Source: Macrostomum lignano
Lineage: Eukaryota
Reading direction: 5' to 3'
Assembly: GCA_002269645.1 (NCBI GenBank)
Contig: NIVC01001021.1
Location: 248,001 to 312,000 of the forward strand
Length of the DNA: 64,000 nt
Shown: piece by piece, positions 11,216-23,267 of the stretch
How positions within the stretch are numbered: position 1 is the first letter of the stretch
How the letters are laid out: each line of letters starts with the position of its first letter
Made by a program: the position numbers and the translations under genes
Notes under the pieces: model-generated
Told to the model about the DNA's origin: nothing
The model's database searches: none
What the model saw: only the letters and a program-made list of their open reading frames with translations

Positions 11216-13418
11216 ACTGTTGTGAGCGTGTGTATGAGCGCTTGTTCCTTTATTAAAAACTGTCAACAAACCTTTGGTGCAGACCTTTAATTTTCTCTCC
11301 TTTTCCTGCCAGCATAAACCAGCGGGCTCAGGAAACCATCACCCAGAGATCATCCACGGTGGAAAAGACTTCGGTGTCTGTTGAGCAGCAACAGCTGCCG
11401 TCACCGGCGGGTAAGAAAGAAATTTTTTGTGTATTGATAGTTCAAACAAACTTAATTACACAGTTTAATTGAAATTAATTAAAAAATTACTCATACTAAT
11501 ATTATCATGTTACCCGTTTCAGCTGCTCAACAAAGTAAGTGACTTTGTGTTTTAAAGTTTTCTTAAGACTCAAAACTTTTCTATTGATGAATATTTGATA
11601 AAATATGATTAATTTATAGTGAATCTCGTCAAAGGCGAAATGTCGGCGAAAACAACTTATCAGCGCACAGCCAAGGGCAACGTGAGCATTCAGGAGTGCT
11701 CGCCTGATGGCAAATTCGTGCTGCTTGAGAACACCGGAAAGAAGGTAGTGAAATTTTATTGCTGGCTCTAACTTTTGCTTGCTCCAACCTAACCCACCCA
11801 CCTCCGCCTAGCCCAACCAGCTAATCAAATTCTATCTTAGCTCTAACCCACCCCACCTCCGCCTAGCCCAACCAGCCAATCAAATTCAATCTTAGCTTTA
11901 ACGCACCCCATCTCCGCCTAGCCCAACCAGCCAATCAAATTCAATCTTAGCTCTAACCCACCCCACCTCCACATAGCCCAACCAGCCAATCAAATTTAAT
12001 CTTAGCTCTATTCACCCTACCTTCGCCTAGCTCCACCAGACAACCAAATCAAAGACAATTATTTCTGTTTAATTAATTTCGCAGAAGGAGGACATTGGCG
12101 TTGGAAACTGTCTCGCAACATTGACAATAACCGGCAGACGGTGCGCTACACCGTGCCAATGGGCACTGTGCTGGACGATGGACAGCGAAAGACCGTTAAG
12201 GTGGGAGGCAAAATTCAGAGTACTCGTAGATCTTTGAAACACAAGTAGCTCGTGAAACATGAGCAAACTTTTGTTCAGCTTCTTCCATGTCATTATAGTG
12301 GAATTACTCGCTTCAGTGTAGAGCACACTCTGTAGAGGTTCTTCCCCATCTATCAAGGGAATTACCCAGTCTATCTAGTGGAATTACCAGCCCTCTGGGG
12401 GAATTACCCAAGTCCATCTAAAGGAATTACGCAAGTCCATCTAGAGGAATTGCCCAAGTCCATCAGAGGAATTACCCAAGTCCATCTAGAGGAATTACGC
12501 AAGTCCATCTAGAGGAATTGCCCAAGTCCATCCAGAGGAATTACCCAAGTCCATCTAAAGGAATTACGCAAGTCCATCTAGAGGAACTACCCAAGTCCAT
12601 CTAGGGAATTATCCAAGTCCATCTAGAGGAATTACCAAGTCCATCTAGAGGAATTACCCAAGTCCATCTAGAGGAATTACCCAAGTCCATCTAGAGGAAT
12701 TACCAAGTCCATCTAGAGGAATTACCCAAGTCCATCTAGGGAATTATCCAAGTCCATCTAGAGGAATTACCAAGTCCATCTAGGGAATTACCCAAGTCCA
12801 TCTAGAGGAATTACCCAAGTCCATCTAGGGAATTATCCAAGTCCATCTAGAGGAATTACCCAAGTCCATCTAGAATTACCCAAGAATTACCAAGTCTCAG
12901 GGGAGGGAATTATCCAAGTCCATCTAGGGGAATTACTTTGTCTATGTAGAGAATTACCCAGCCCCTCTGGGGAATTAGCCAACCCCTCTAGGGGAATTAC
13001 CCACCATTGTAGGGAAATTAGCCAGTCTATACAGGGGAATCACCCAATCCTGTAGGATCGATAATATCTAAAGCTACTCTCCAGAAGGGAAATTACTTCA
13101 TTCAAATTCCGGAGGAATTACAATGCGCCGTCGAATAAAAATTCCCCAGATCTGGGCCCGTGGCCACAGGCCTCTGGGCAGCGCAGCGGCGACCTCGAGG
13201 CCGGCGAGCCCAGCTGGGGCGTCGGTGCCAACATCGTCACCTCGCTGTACAACATGGAGGGCGAGGTTCGTATCATGCTACTCAAACCTATTTTCAGTAG
13301 CCTAGTAAAAAACATGACAATCTATTTCTATTTATACTTCAGAAAAATCAAAAGCTAAAAACTTGAATTTTAGGAGCGAGCCACGCACAACCAGAAGACG
13401 GTCTATTCGGCAAACTAA
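3153..13418 (+). CDS. Cytoplasmic intermediate filament protein, protostome type (long coil 1B, lamin-tail domain, no CaaX); 10 exons; two apparent -1 frameshifts in the tail exons
   Basis: Exons 3153-3509, 9187-9398, 9973-10159, 10234-10329, 10655-11163, 11313-11410, 11620-11744, 12085-12200, 13150-13265, 13374-13418, all GT-AG. Rod start motif ELNERLAGYIEK|VRFLEAQN; rod end motif KLSLELEIHAYRKLLEGEE; LTD motifs GEMSAKTTYQRTAKGNVSIQECSPDGKFVLLEN, WKLSRNID, IWAR, WGVGANIVTSLYNMEGE|ERATHNQKT. The C-terminus is VYSAN*, so not a lamin. The exon 3 acceptor and the frame of exon 6 are less certain. Confidence 0.93.
3679..3919 (-). mobile_element. tRNA-derived CORE-type SINE, family A copy 1 (internally deleted), in IF intron 1
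   Basis: The reverse complement reads ggggttatagcttagtggttagagcgtcggactcacgac...ggttcgatccc (A/B boxes), then tgtgtccttgagcaagacac...gcttcagttcacccagctgtaaaatgggtgccagc (CORE-like), and ends in an (ATT)n tail. Matches copies at 35.2, 47.9 and 54.9 kb. Confidence 0.85.
3939..4243. repeat. 26-bp minisatellite (gcgcatctctagacaccctatctata), ~11 copies
   Basis: Tandem units read directly. Confidence 0.95.
5133..9089. repeat. 20/21-bp satellite (gggttgacttcttgtctaaca and variants), ~190 units, in IF intron 1
   Basis: Tandem units read directly, with degenerate units at the right end (~8980-9089). Source of the LTSCLTG / SNRIDFL ORFs. Confidence 0.97.
9484..9860. repeat. ~46-bp minisatellite (ccacccaccaccccaaaagctccctgaccaataagagagctggaat), ~8 copies, IF intron 2
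   Basis: Tandem units read directly. Confidence 0.9.
11165..11216. repeat. (GTTA)n microsatellite starting at the exon 5 donor
   Basis: gtgagttagttggttagttagttag... Confidence 0.9.
11790..12030. repeat. ~55-bp minisatellite (taacccaccccacctccgcctagcccaaccagccaatcaaattcaatcttagctc), 4-5 copies
   Basis: Tandem units read directly in IF intron 7. Confidence 0.9.
12357..13045. repeat. ~23-bp minisatellite (ggaattacccaagtccatctaga) with degenerate flanks, IF intron 8
   Basis: Tandem units read directly. Confidence 0.9.
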
Positions 13419-13752
13419 ATGTTTCTTTTCGACTAGGGATTACCGAGAAACCCTGACTGCCTGTTTAGTAACAATCCATTTTAACGAAACATTTTTATAA
13501 TTTCATTTTTCTTTTAATTACAAAAAGCTGCCTTAGTAACTATAGATATTAAAATAGAAAATTTTATTTAAGTATAACCGATAGCTTTTGTTAATTCCCT
13601 GTACGTTTGAACTAGATATTATTATAACAAATATGTTTTTTGATTTTTCTCTATCCTTCAAGCACATCGACAACTGAAAACACGCTTCCTTAATCTTCCC
13701 ATTTTTATAGCTCTTTTATTATAGTTGTTTTTTAACAAAAAACGGTGTTTCA

Positions 13753-13785
13753 AATAAAAGTACAATTGAATTAGTTTTAATAAAG
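13753..13785 (+). terminator. Candidate polyadenylation signals (AATAAA x2) for the IF gene
   Basis: AATAAA at ~13753 and ~13780, about 340 nt after the stop codon. Position only; no transcript evidence. Confidence 0.4.
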
Positions 13786-13892
13786 CTGACTAAGTTAGTG
13801 ACAAAACTATCATTGACGTGTCTTTAATTCAATTTATTATCTTTTTGTGGAAAATACAAGCTTAGAAAACTTGAGATTTATTTGTATTTATA

Positions 13893-14100
13893 ACAGCGCC
13901 AATTGATTACTATAATTAGCGCCAATTAATTCCTATAATTTAGCGCCAATTGATTGCTATAATTTAGCGCCAATTGATTCCTATAATTTAGCGCCAATTG
14001 ATTCCTATAATTTAGCGCCAATTGAATTCCTATAATTTAGCGCCAATTGATTCCTTTAATTTAGCGCCAATTGATTCCTATAATTTAGTGCCAATTGATT
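13893..14100. repeat. 24-bp minisatellite (agcgccaattgattcctataattt), ~8 copies
   Basis: Tandem units read directly. Confidence 0.93.
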
Positions 14101-14599
14101 ACAAAGCATGCAATTGACTGTAAATTAGCGAAATTTTGTGCTAAGCATAATTTACGTCGCTAGTGTTATCGAAGGCCATTGATCGTATATACATGTAGCA
14201 AACAATTTTATTTTGGCACCTTTAATGCTAATATTGATAGTTATGGCACCTCTTGGTAGGTCGTTAAATTTCTATTTGACCTTTGAATTAAAAAAAAATT
14301 GTTATCAGCTTTGCGAGATAAGAATGTAGACCCATTAGATTGGCGTTGCACCTTTCCATTGATAATTTTAAGCGTGTTTGCATTATAAAGTCTAACTGAC
14401 AAAGTTTGCCAACTCTTTCAACAGATAAACATTTTTAGTCCCTAGGTAACCAGAAATATTATTCATTTTGGAGTCATTAGCAACGCTCTATTGATATCTT
14501 TAATAATTTTTGCCACTGAGCGATTTGAGTTATTTTTGTGGCGCTTTTTGAGTCATTTTTAAATGAGTTTGAGTCGTTTTAGAGGGTGATTAGAGTTGC

Positions 14600-15062
14600 T
14601 TTGGCTGGTGAATCGAGTCAGTTTGGGGGTGATTTTGAGTCACTTTGGGGGTGATTTTGAGTCACTTTGGGGGTGATTTTGAGTCACTTTGGGGGTGATT
14701 TTGAGTCACTTTGGGGGTGATTTTGAGTTACTTTGGGGGTGATTTTGAGTTACTTTGGGGGTGATTTTGAGTTACTTTGGGGGTGATTTTGAGACACTTT
14801 GGGGGTGATTTTGAGTTACTTTGCGGGTGATTTTGAGTCACTTTGGGGTGATTTTGAGTTACTTTGGGGGTGATTTTGAGTTACTTTGGGGGTGATTTTG
14901 AGTCACTTTGGGGTGATTTTGAGTTACTTTGGGGGTGATTTTGAGTTACTTTGGGGGTGATTTTGAGTTACTTTGGGGGTGATTTTGAGTTACTTTGGGG
15001 TGATTTTGAGTCACTTTGGGGCTGATTTTGAGTCGTTTTGGTGGTGATTTTGAGTTACTTTG
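14600..15062. repeat. 22-bp G-rich minisatellite (gggggtgattttgagtcacttt), ~20 copies
   Basis: Tandem units read directly. Confidence 0.95.
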
Positions 15063-15965
15063 GAATTCACTAATCATCAGGCTCTACTTACCTGGGCCAC
15101 TTCTAGGTAAGCGAACAAGGACAACTTAAGTAGATGTTACTAATATATTACTGGAGTCCTTGTAAGCGAATTTATAATTCATATAAATAATTATAACATT
15201 CCTAAGCTAAAGTGCACCCAGGTTTCAGTTGTCTGTTCTCAGCTTGTTAGTAGTCAGGTACGCCTGCTGTTCTCGTGTGTACTTTTATGCGGACAATGGA
15301 GATGAAAAAATTCTCATTGTTAAGGTGATGAACAATCCCTGCCTTTTGAATTTTGATTCTGATAAAATAATGTAACGCACTTGAAATTGCTAGGCTGAGA
15401 TCCCCTTATGCCTGACAGCAGAGACTCTATTGCGCGTAAATAATACAATAATATTGCGAATGCATATTTCAACTATTATTGCCACACTCAGTGCACGGCT
15501 AAGCAGATTGCACAGCCAACCAACCCCCTCTTGTCCTCTCTCATCTCTCTCTCTCTCTCTCTACTTTCCACTTTGGACTTTGAGCTAGGCTGAGGCGGGT
15601 TGGGTGAGAGACAGGGGGGTAAGAGAATGCCGTACTGCGTTTTGGTGTTTTCAAGGGCGCATTAGTACGCGCGCCGTGTGGGTATAACAAACGTTAATAA
15701 GACGCAAGCTAGCTTAGCCCCATAGTTGTTGTAAGCTTTGCACGCCTACGGCTACTCTGCAGTCTGCTTGGCTAAAAAACCCCCGAGCAAAGTGGAACTC
15801 GTGTGCAGACAGAAATTGCAGGGCGCGAGAGTTGCAGACAGGTTTTTTCTCTCTCTATCTAGCAAATTAGCCATGCAAAATAGCCGCTGACGCTCGGGTC
15901 GGGCACAGCTGCACGCGGAGACAGACGCTTCTTAGCTAGTAAAAAGTCCAGCTCTTCAAAGGCAA

Positions 15966-17432
15966 ATGCTGACTCGAAGAAGTCAATCGGCCAGGACCCC
16001 GGAGGCCGACAGCTGCGAGCGCTTGCAGAGGCGCAGATCCTCCTGCGACTGTCGCTTCGCTTACGACAACGGCTGTCTAATGACGTCATCTGACGTTGCG
16101 TCAGCAGCTACCGCGACAGGTGTTGACGCGACCGAGATCGAGATGACAACGATGGAGTCGATCGATGCTACAGAGCCGGAGGCTGCTGATAAAGCGGAGG
16201 ACCTGTGCAGCTACAAGCTGGCAGCGAGCCAGGCCAGCTGCTGGCTGCGGCAGCTCATCTGTGTCGAGGCCGATTCCACAGCAGCGGCTGCTCAGTCTGG
16301 CGATGAAGAGTCCGATCGCCAAGAGGACGACACTGGCGAGATCGAATCTCAATTGGAGTCGCTCTACGCCCAGTTCCACAGTCTGTCGGCCAACAGTCAG
16401 CTGGACGTTCCCGAGCACCTTCGGCCACGCCAGCTGCGCCAGCTGCGGGCTCGCCAGGCTGCCGTCTCGGCCTGCCTGACCGAGGCGAGGTCGCTCGACC
16501 GGCGGCGGCAGCTGCAACTGGCCGCCGAACGGGCAGCGATCTTCGACAAACTTCGGGCTTGTCGGGCGCGACTCGAACTCGTGGCGAAGTGCGCCGCCAG
16601 GCTGGACAGAAATCGGCCCTCGACCGGCGGCAGCAGCGTCGGCGGCGAAGACTCGGCCGACGGGGAGCTCGACGTTGACGACGAGTCGTCAGAGATCGAT
16701 CGCGACCGGCGTCTGGTTCGAGACTCGGCTGCCCGAGCTCGCCGGACTGTCAACGACTTGATGGAGGCGGCGGCCAAAGCCAAAGCGGCATTCTCTTGGC
16801 GAGGCCGACGTTTGCTGATCGACTGCGCCGACTGTCTGGGCCGCCGGGCGGACAAGCTGGAGGAGCGAGGCCGGGACGCCACCGTCTGCGATGAAGATGC
16901 AGCTGATGCTGCCGAGTCCGAGACTGACGAAGTCGACAATCCGCGAATGCTGGCGAGAGTTGAGACCCGCCTGTCCGACTTCCTGTCGGGTGACAACAGG
17001 CGAGTGTCGCTAGAATGTCGGCGGCTCAAGAAAATTCTGGACGAATACGAGGTAATTAAGATACGGTTTCATCACTCGGATGGCTCTTGGATTTCTCATC
17101 TCCCCTCTCTTCTCTCCCCATATCACTCATCACTCATCTACCCTCTCTTAGTATCCCGCCTCCTCCCTCTCTTTCCCTTCTCTCATCTCCCATCTCTCAA
17201 TCATCTCCCTTCTTCTATCTTCAATCTCCCTTCTTCTATCTCCAATCTCCCCTCTCCCATCTCTCCTCTCCCATATCTCCTCTCCCCTCTCTCATATTCC
17301 CACATCTCCCACACTCGAATTTGAGACCTCAGTTCTTCTGACACTCGACTCTCTCACCGGAATTTCTCCTTCTCTCATTTCTACGTACATCCCATGCTTC
17401 TCACCCTCTCACTATCTCTGACTTCCTCTGTC

Positions 17433-17531
<99 letters not shown>

Positions 17532-18543
17532 CCTCTCTCCCTCTCTCCCTCTCTTTCTCTCTCCCTCTCTTTCTCTCTCCCTCTCTCCCTCTCTCCCTCT
17601 CTTTCTCTCTCCCTCTCTTTCTCTCTCCCTCTCTCCCTCTCTCCCTCTCTTTCTCTCTCCATCTCTTTCTCTCTCCCTCTCTCCCTATCTCCCTCTCTTT
17701 CTCTCTCCCTCTCTTTCTCTCTCCCTCTCTTTCTCTCTCCCTCTCTTTCTCTCTCCCTCTCTCCCTCTCTTTCTCTCTCCCTCTCTTTCTCTCTCCCTCT
17801 CTCTCTCTCTCTTTCTCCCTCCCTCCTCCCTCTCTCCCTCTCTCCTTCTCCACTTCTCCCCTTCTCTCCTCTTTTTTCTCCCTCTCTCCTCTCTCTCTCC
17901 TTCTGTCCCTCTCTCCCTCCCCTTCTCTCTCCTTCTGTCTCTCCCTCTTTCCTCAACCTACTCGAATCCTTCGCCCTGCAACCCGCAGCTCTCCCGGCTG
18001 CTGCTCAGCTTCGCCGCAGATCTGTGCACCGATGCCGAGAGAATCGCCCCTACCGACGCTGTTCTTGACGACGACGTGGATGCAAGACAGTCGACATTAT
18101 CGGCAGTCGACAGTCAGCCCTCGGTGGATCTGCTTCACCGGAAGCACCGCCTGGAGCAGCTGGAGTCCAAGCTGGCGGTTTCCACGGAGTCACTGAATCA
18201 GCTGATCGATCTGACTCAGGCTCGGCAAAGCATTCGACGCGAGCTCGAGCTGCGCGCAGTCCGCCTGCGGCACCTCCGCGAGCTGTCGGACGCCGGCGGA
18301 ACCGGCCGCTTCAATCCGGCCGACTTTCTGGCCGAAGACGAGATCGAGGCAGTTCAATCAACAACGCCGAAGTTTCTAGCTGCTAAATCGGCCAAGCTCG
18401 AAAATCTTGCCGGACGAATCCGAGACGAGCTGTCGAAAGTTGCCAACTTTGACAGTGTTGACAGATTGCTGGAGGCCGAGAAAGCCGCGGACAAGCGACG
18501 CTTGAAGTCGGCGGAAGAGGCCATGCTGGCGCTGCACAGTTAA
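15966..18543 (+). CDS. Uncharacterised acidic/helical coiled-coil protein, 2 exons, ~546 aa
   Basis: Exon 1 15966-17051 (...KKILDEYE|gtaatt, phase 0) and exon 2 17989-18543 (cccgcag|LSRLLLSFAADLC...AMLALHS*) join in frame. GC-rich codon usage resembles the neighbouring genes; the intron is almost all CT repeat. No family recognised and the start codon is uncertain. Confidence 0.7.
17090..17950. repeat. Polypyrimidine tract / (CT)n microsatellite and CT-derived repeats filling the orphan-gene intron
   Basis: Direct reading; source of the ERERER / LSLSLS ORFs. Confidence 0.95.
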
Positions 18544-18589
18544 GACTGAAAAAGGGCAAATTGTTCTTTTTTAAGATAGGGGGCATTGT

Positions 18590-19318
18590 GGCTGTATTTG
18601 GCTGTATTTGGCTGTATTGTGGCTGTATTGTGGCTGTATTGTGGCTGTATTTGGCTGTATTGTGGCTGTATTTGGCTGTATTGGGGCTGTATTTGGCTGT
18701 ATTGTGGCTGTATTGGGGCTGTATTGTGGCTGTATTGTGGCTGTATTGTGGCTGTATTGTGGCTGTATTTGGCTGTATTGTGGCTGTATTGGGGCTGTAT
18801 TGTAGCTGTATTGTGGCTGTATTTGGCTGTATTGTGGCTGTATTGGGGCTGTATTGTGGCTGTTTTGTGGCTGTATTTGGCTGTATTGTGGCTGTATTGT
18901 GGCTGTTTTGTGGCTGTATTTGGCTGTATTGGGGCTGTATTGTGGCTGTATTGTGGCTGTATTGTGGCTGTATTTGGGTCTGTATTGTGGCTGTATTGGG
19001 GCTGTATTGTGGCTGTATTGTGGCTGTATTTGGGTCTGTATTGGGGCTGTATTGGGGCTGTATTGTGGCTGTTTTGTGGCTGTATTTGGCTGTATTGTGG
19101 CTGTATTGGGGCTGTATTGAGGCTGTATTGTGGCTGTATTGTGGCTGTTTTGTGGCTGTATTTGGCTGTATTGTGGCTGTATTTGGCTGTATTGTGGCTG
19201 TATTGGGGCTGTATTGTGGCTGTATTGTGGCTGTATTGGGGCTGTATTGTGGCTGTTTTGTGGCTGTATTTGGCTGTATTGTGGCTGTATTGGGGCTGTA
19301 TTGGGGCTGTATTGGGCT
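18590..19318. repeat. 10/11-bp minisatellite (gtggctgtatt, tggctgtatt, ggggctgtatt)
   Basis: Direct reading; source of the CIVAVLWLY ORFs. Confidence 0.95.
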
Positions 19319-19767
19319 GTTGAAAGTCTTGTATTAGCGGTAAAAGATTAAGACGCAAAACTATGAGAGAAATTAATTTGTCCTCCTAAAGTCCTATGTA
19401 ACTCAATAGTGTTGCCTTCAGCCATGCATCAAACATTACTTTAGCCGCCAAATCATATTCTAGACGGCCCGACCAAAACTCAGTGTTGAGTGTGCAATTG
19501 TCAAGTCCACTTCAGTGCTTTTTTACCCCAGAAAATGCGCTTGAAAAGTGCATCGATTTGAGCCATTAGTTTCGTGATGAGACTGTACTTTTGTAGCTTG
19601 CCTTGCTGTGTAGCTTACGTCTATCTTTCTCGTAAAAAAGAATAATCTTGTTTCAATGTATCCATGCGTTTTATATCCAGAAAATACATTTTAAGTTTTT
19701 TTACGTCAAGTTTTGCCAACTATTATCTTATTTTTCACTTTAAAATTTTATCGCAAGCGAGTGAAAA

Positions 19768-20640
19768 CAGAGTGACATCAGAGTGACAATTACCGAGTTG
19801 AGCGAGTGACATCAGAGTGAAAATTACCGAGTTGATCGAGTGACATCAGAGTGACAATTACCGAGTTGAGCGAGTGACACCAGAGTGACAATTACCGACT
19901 TGAGCGAGTGACATCAAAGTGACAATTACCGAGTTGAGCGAGTGATATCAGAGTGAAAATTACCGAGTTGAACGAGTGTCATCAGAGTGGCAATGTCATC
20001 AGAGTGACAATTACTGAGTGAGCAAGTAACATCAGAGTGACAATTACTGAGTGAGCAAGTAACATCAGAGTGACAATTACTGAGTGAGCAAGTAACATCA
20101 GAGTGACAATTACTGAGTGAGCGAGTGACAATTAGAGTGACAATTACTTAGTGAGCGAGTGACATCAGTGACAATTACCGAGTTAAGCGAGTGACATCAG
20201 AGTGACAATCACCGAGTGGGTGAGTGACATCAGAGTGACAATTACTGAGTGAGCGAGTGACATCAGAGTGACAATTACCGAGTTGAGCGAGTGACATCAG
20301 AGTGACAATCACCGAGTGGGTGAGTGACATCAGAGTGACAATTACTGAGTGAGCGAGTGACATCAGAGTGACAATTACTGAGTGAGCAAGTAACATCAGA
20401 GTGACAATTACTGAGTGAGCGAGTGACAATTAGAGTGACAATTACTTAGTGAGCGAGTGACACCAGAGTGACAATTACCGAGTTGAGCGAGTGACATCAG
20501 TGACAATTACCGAGTTGAGCGAGTGACATCAGAGTGCCAATACCGAGTTGAGCGAGTGACATCAGAGTGACTATTACTGAGTGAGCGAGTGACATCAGAG
20601 TGACAATTACTGAGTGAGCGAGTGACATCAGAGTGAAAAT
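19768..20640. repeat. 33/34-bp minisatellite (gagtgacatcagagtgacaattactgagtgagc / ...attaccgagttgagc)
   Basis: Tandem units read directly; each unit contains an internal gagtgaca duplication. Confidence 0.93.
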
Positions 20641-21230
20641 AACTTTAGGGACCAAGTGAAGACTACGATTGTATGAGATATTTAAATTTAAAGAATGCAG
20701 AATTGCTTTTTATTGTATATGATACTACTTACTCATTGCTACAAAGTAGTGCGTATACAATATCTGTCGATACTGTATTCATGTCTGTTATCACATTTAG
20801 TTTGCATCTATCCTCTGTTGTTTCAAACCCCAGGTTAAGTAAAGTGAGCTATAGCTGGTTGGTTATCTATACATATTATTATATTACTTTGTCCTCAGAA
20901 TAGCAGCTGTGAAAACAATTTCAGAGCAGCCCTGTGGGAGGTCTCGCTACTCAATTTGGCCTCTATTATATATGGGTTAGCCTCTGTATAAACTATATTA
21001 AGAAACTTCATTTTCTCACGGCTCCAGTCACATTGACTGCGTGACCCTCTGAGCATGACAGGCACAATATTATTACAACTGGCTCTTTCCTATATTGTGC
21101 AAAATAGTTTTGGCACGAAGGTGTCAAGCTCTTTTCTTTAATAACAGTTACGGTTACATAAGAGGGTGCTTAGTGCGATGCAAAAAGCAAATTTTTTCCT
21201 AAGTTTGCAGTCAAAGCTCCTGAATCATAT

Positions 21231-22432
21231 TCCTCAGCTCCTGACATCCTATTCCTCAGCTCCTGACATCCTATTCCTTAGCTTCTGACATCCTATTCCT
21301 CAGCTCCTGACATCCTATTCCTTAGCTTCTGACATCCTATTCCTTACCTCCTGACATCCTATTCCTCAGCTCCTGACATCCTATTCCTCAGCTCCTGACA
21401 TCCTATTCCTTACCTCCTGACATCCTATTCCTCAGCTCCTGACATCCTATTCCTCAGCTCCTGACATCCTATTCCTCAGCTCCTGACATCCTATTCCTCA
21501 GCTCCTGACATCCTATTCCTTAGCTTCTGACATCCTATTCCTTACCTCCTGACATCCTATTCCTCAGCTCCTGACATCCTATTCCTCAGCTCCTAACATC
21601 CTATTCCTCAGCTCCTGACATCCTATTCCTCAGCTCCTGACATCCTATTCCTCAGCTCCTGACATCCTATTCCTCAGCTCCTGACATCCTATTCCTCAGC
21701 TCCTGACATCCTATTCCTTAGCTCCTGACATCCTATGCCTTAGCTCCTGACTTCCTATTCCTTAGCTCCTAACATCCTATTCCTCAGCTCCTGACATCAT
21801 ATTCCTCAGCTCCTGACATCCTATTCCTCAGCTCCTAACATCCTATTCCTCAGCTCCTGACATCCTATTCCTCAGCTCCTGAAATCCTATTCCTTAGCTC
21901 CTGACATCCTATTCCTTACCTCCTGACATCCTATTCCTCAGCTCCTGACATCATATTCCTCAGCTCCTGACATCCTATTCCTCAGCTCCTGACATCCTAT
22001 TCCTTAGCTCCTGATATCCTATTCCTTAGCTTCTGACATCCTATTCCTTACCTCCTGACATCCTATTCCTCAGCTCCTGACATCCTATTCCTTAGCTTCT
22101 GACATCCTATTCCTCAGCTCCTGACATCCTATTCCTCAGCTCCTGACATCCTATTCCTTAGCTCCTGACATCCTATTCCTTACCTCCTGACACCCTATTC
22201 CTCAGCTCCTGACATCCTATTCCTCAGCTCCTGACATCCTATTCCTTAGCTCCTGACATCCTATTCCTTAGCTTCTGACATCCTATTCCTTACCTCCTGA
22301 CATCCTATTCCTTAGCTCCTGACATCCTATTCCTCAGCTCCTGACATCCTATTCCTTAGCTTCTGACATCCTATTCCTTACCTCCTGACATCCTATTCCT
22401 TAGCTTCTGACATCCTATTCCTTAGCTTCTGA
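21231..22432. repeat. 22-bp minisatellite (ctcctgacatcctattcctcag), ~55 copies
   Basis: Tandem units read directly. Confidence 0.96.
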
Positions 22433-22439
22433 TACACGA

Positions 22440-22666
22440 TTGGGAGCTATTGACATCCAAATCGGAGCTACTGACATCCGAATCGGAGCTACTGACATCC
22501 AAATCGGAGCTATTGACATCCGAATCGGAGTTATTGACATCCAAATCGGAGCTACTGACATCCAAATCGGAGCTACTGACATTCGAATCGGAGCTACTGA
22601 CATCCGAATCGGAGCTACTGACATTCGAATCGGAGCTACTGACATTCGAATCGGAGCTACTGACCT
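22440..22666. repeat. 21-bp minisatellite (atcggagctactgacatccga), ~11 copies
   Basis: Tandem units read directly; abuts the 22-bp array. Confidence 0.93.
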
Positions 22667-23267
22667 TTGATTCTTGGTAAGATGGCATTTCAAAGGCCAG
22701 TTTCACTGTTCAACATAAAAAGACATCTAAAACCTTACTCAAAATTCTTTAGAATCTGTCTTCAACTCGCGGGTAATTGCCAAATTGTCTCATTCATTGG
22801 CCGCGAGTGTGGTGGCAAAGTTTGCCAAACAGTCTGCGTGTACTGAGCATGGCTAATATGCCTATAGTACTGGCTGACTGAATATTTGCTGCAAACAAAA
22901 CAGCTCCCCCCCAAAAAAAAACCATGCAGTCTGAAAAAGGCAAACACATGCCATAAAGTGGTTCGTCTTGAAGCAGAAAATAGAAATTTACTTTAAGCCC
23001 AAAGGTAGTCCGAAGAGTTTTTAGAGTGTTTGTGAAGCAAACTGCAGTTCCATGATGGAAATGTTCACACTAATTATATGACTGCAGTCTGTGACTCAAG
23101 CTGTATTTTTTTTACCTTAAATAGCCTTAGTTCGTATTGAAGCATACAATACTCGTACATAATTTATTACGCTTTTATTATAGTTTCCCAGAGTTTCTTT
23201 AGATGCATTATATTAGCTGATGAGAGATTTCAACATTAGCTAATTATTCAGGAAAAAAGAGGTTGGA

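Noticed and set aside
3153-13418. Nuclear lamin
   Set aside because: The lamin-tail domain is present, but there is no CaaX end (VYSAN*) and no evident basic NLS between rod and tail; fits a protostome cytoplasmic IF.
17381-19358. ERER/LSLS and CIVAVLWLY / TATIQPQYSHN ORFs
   Set aside because: Products of the (CT)n tract and the 10/11-bp minisatellite.
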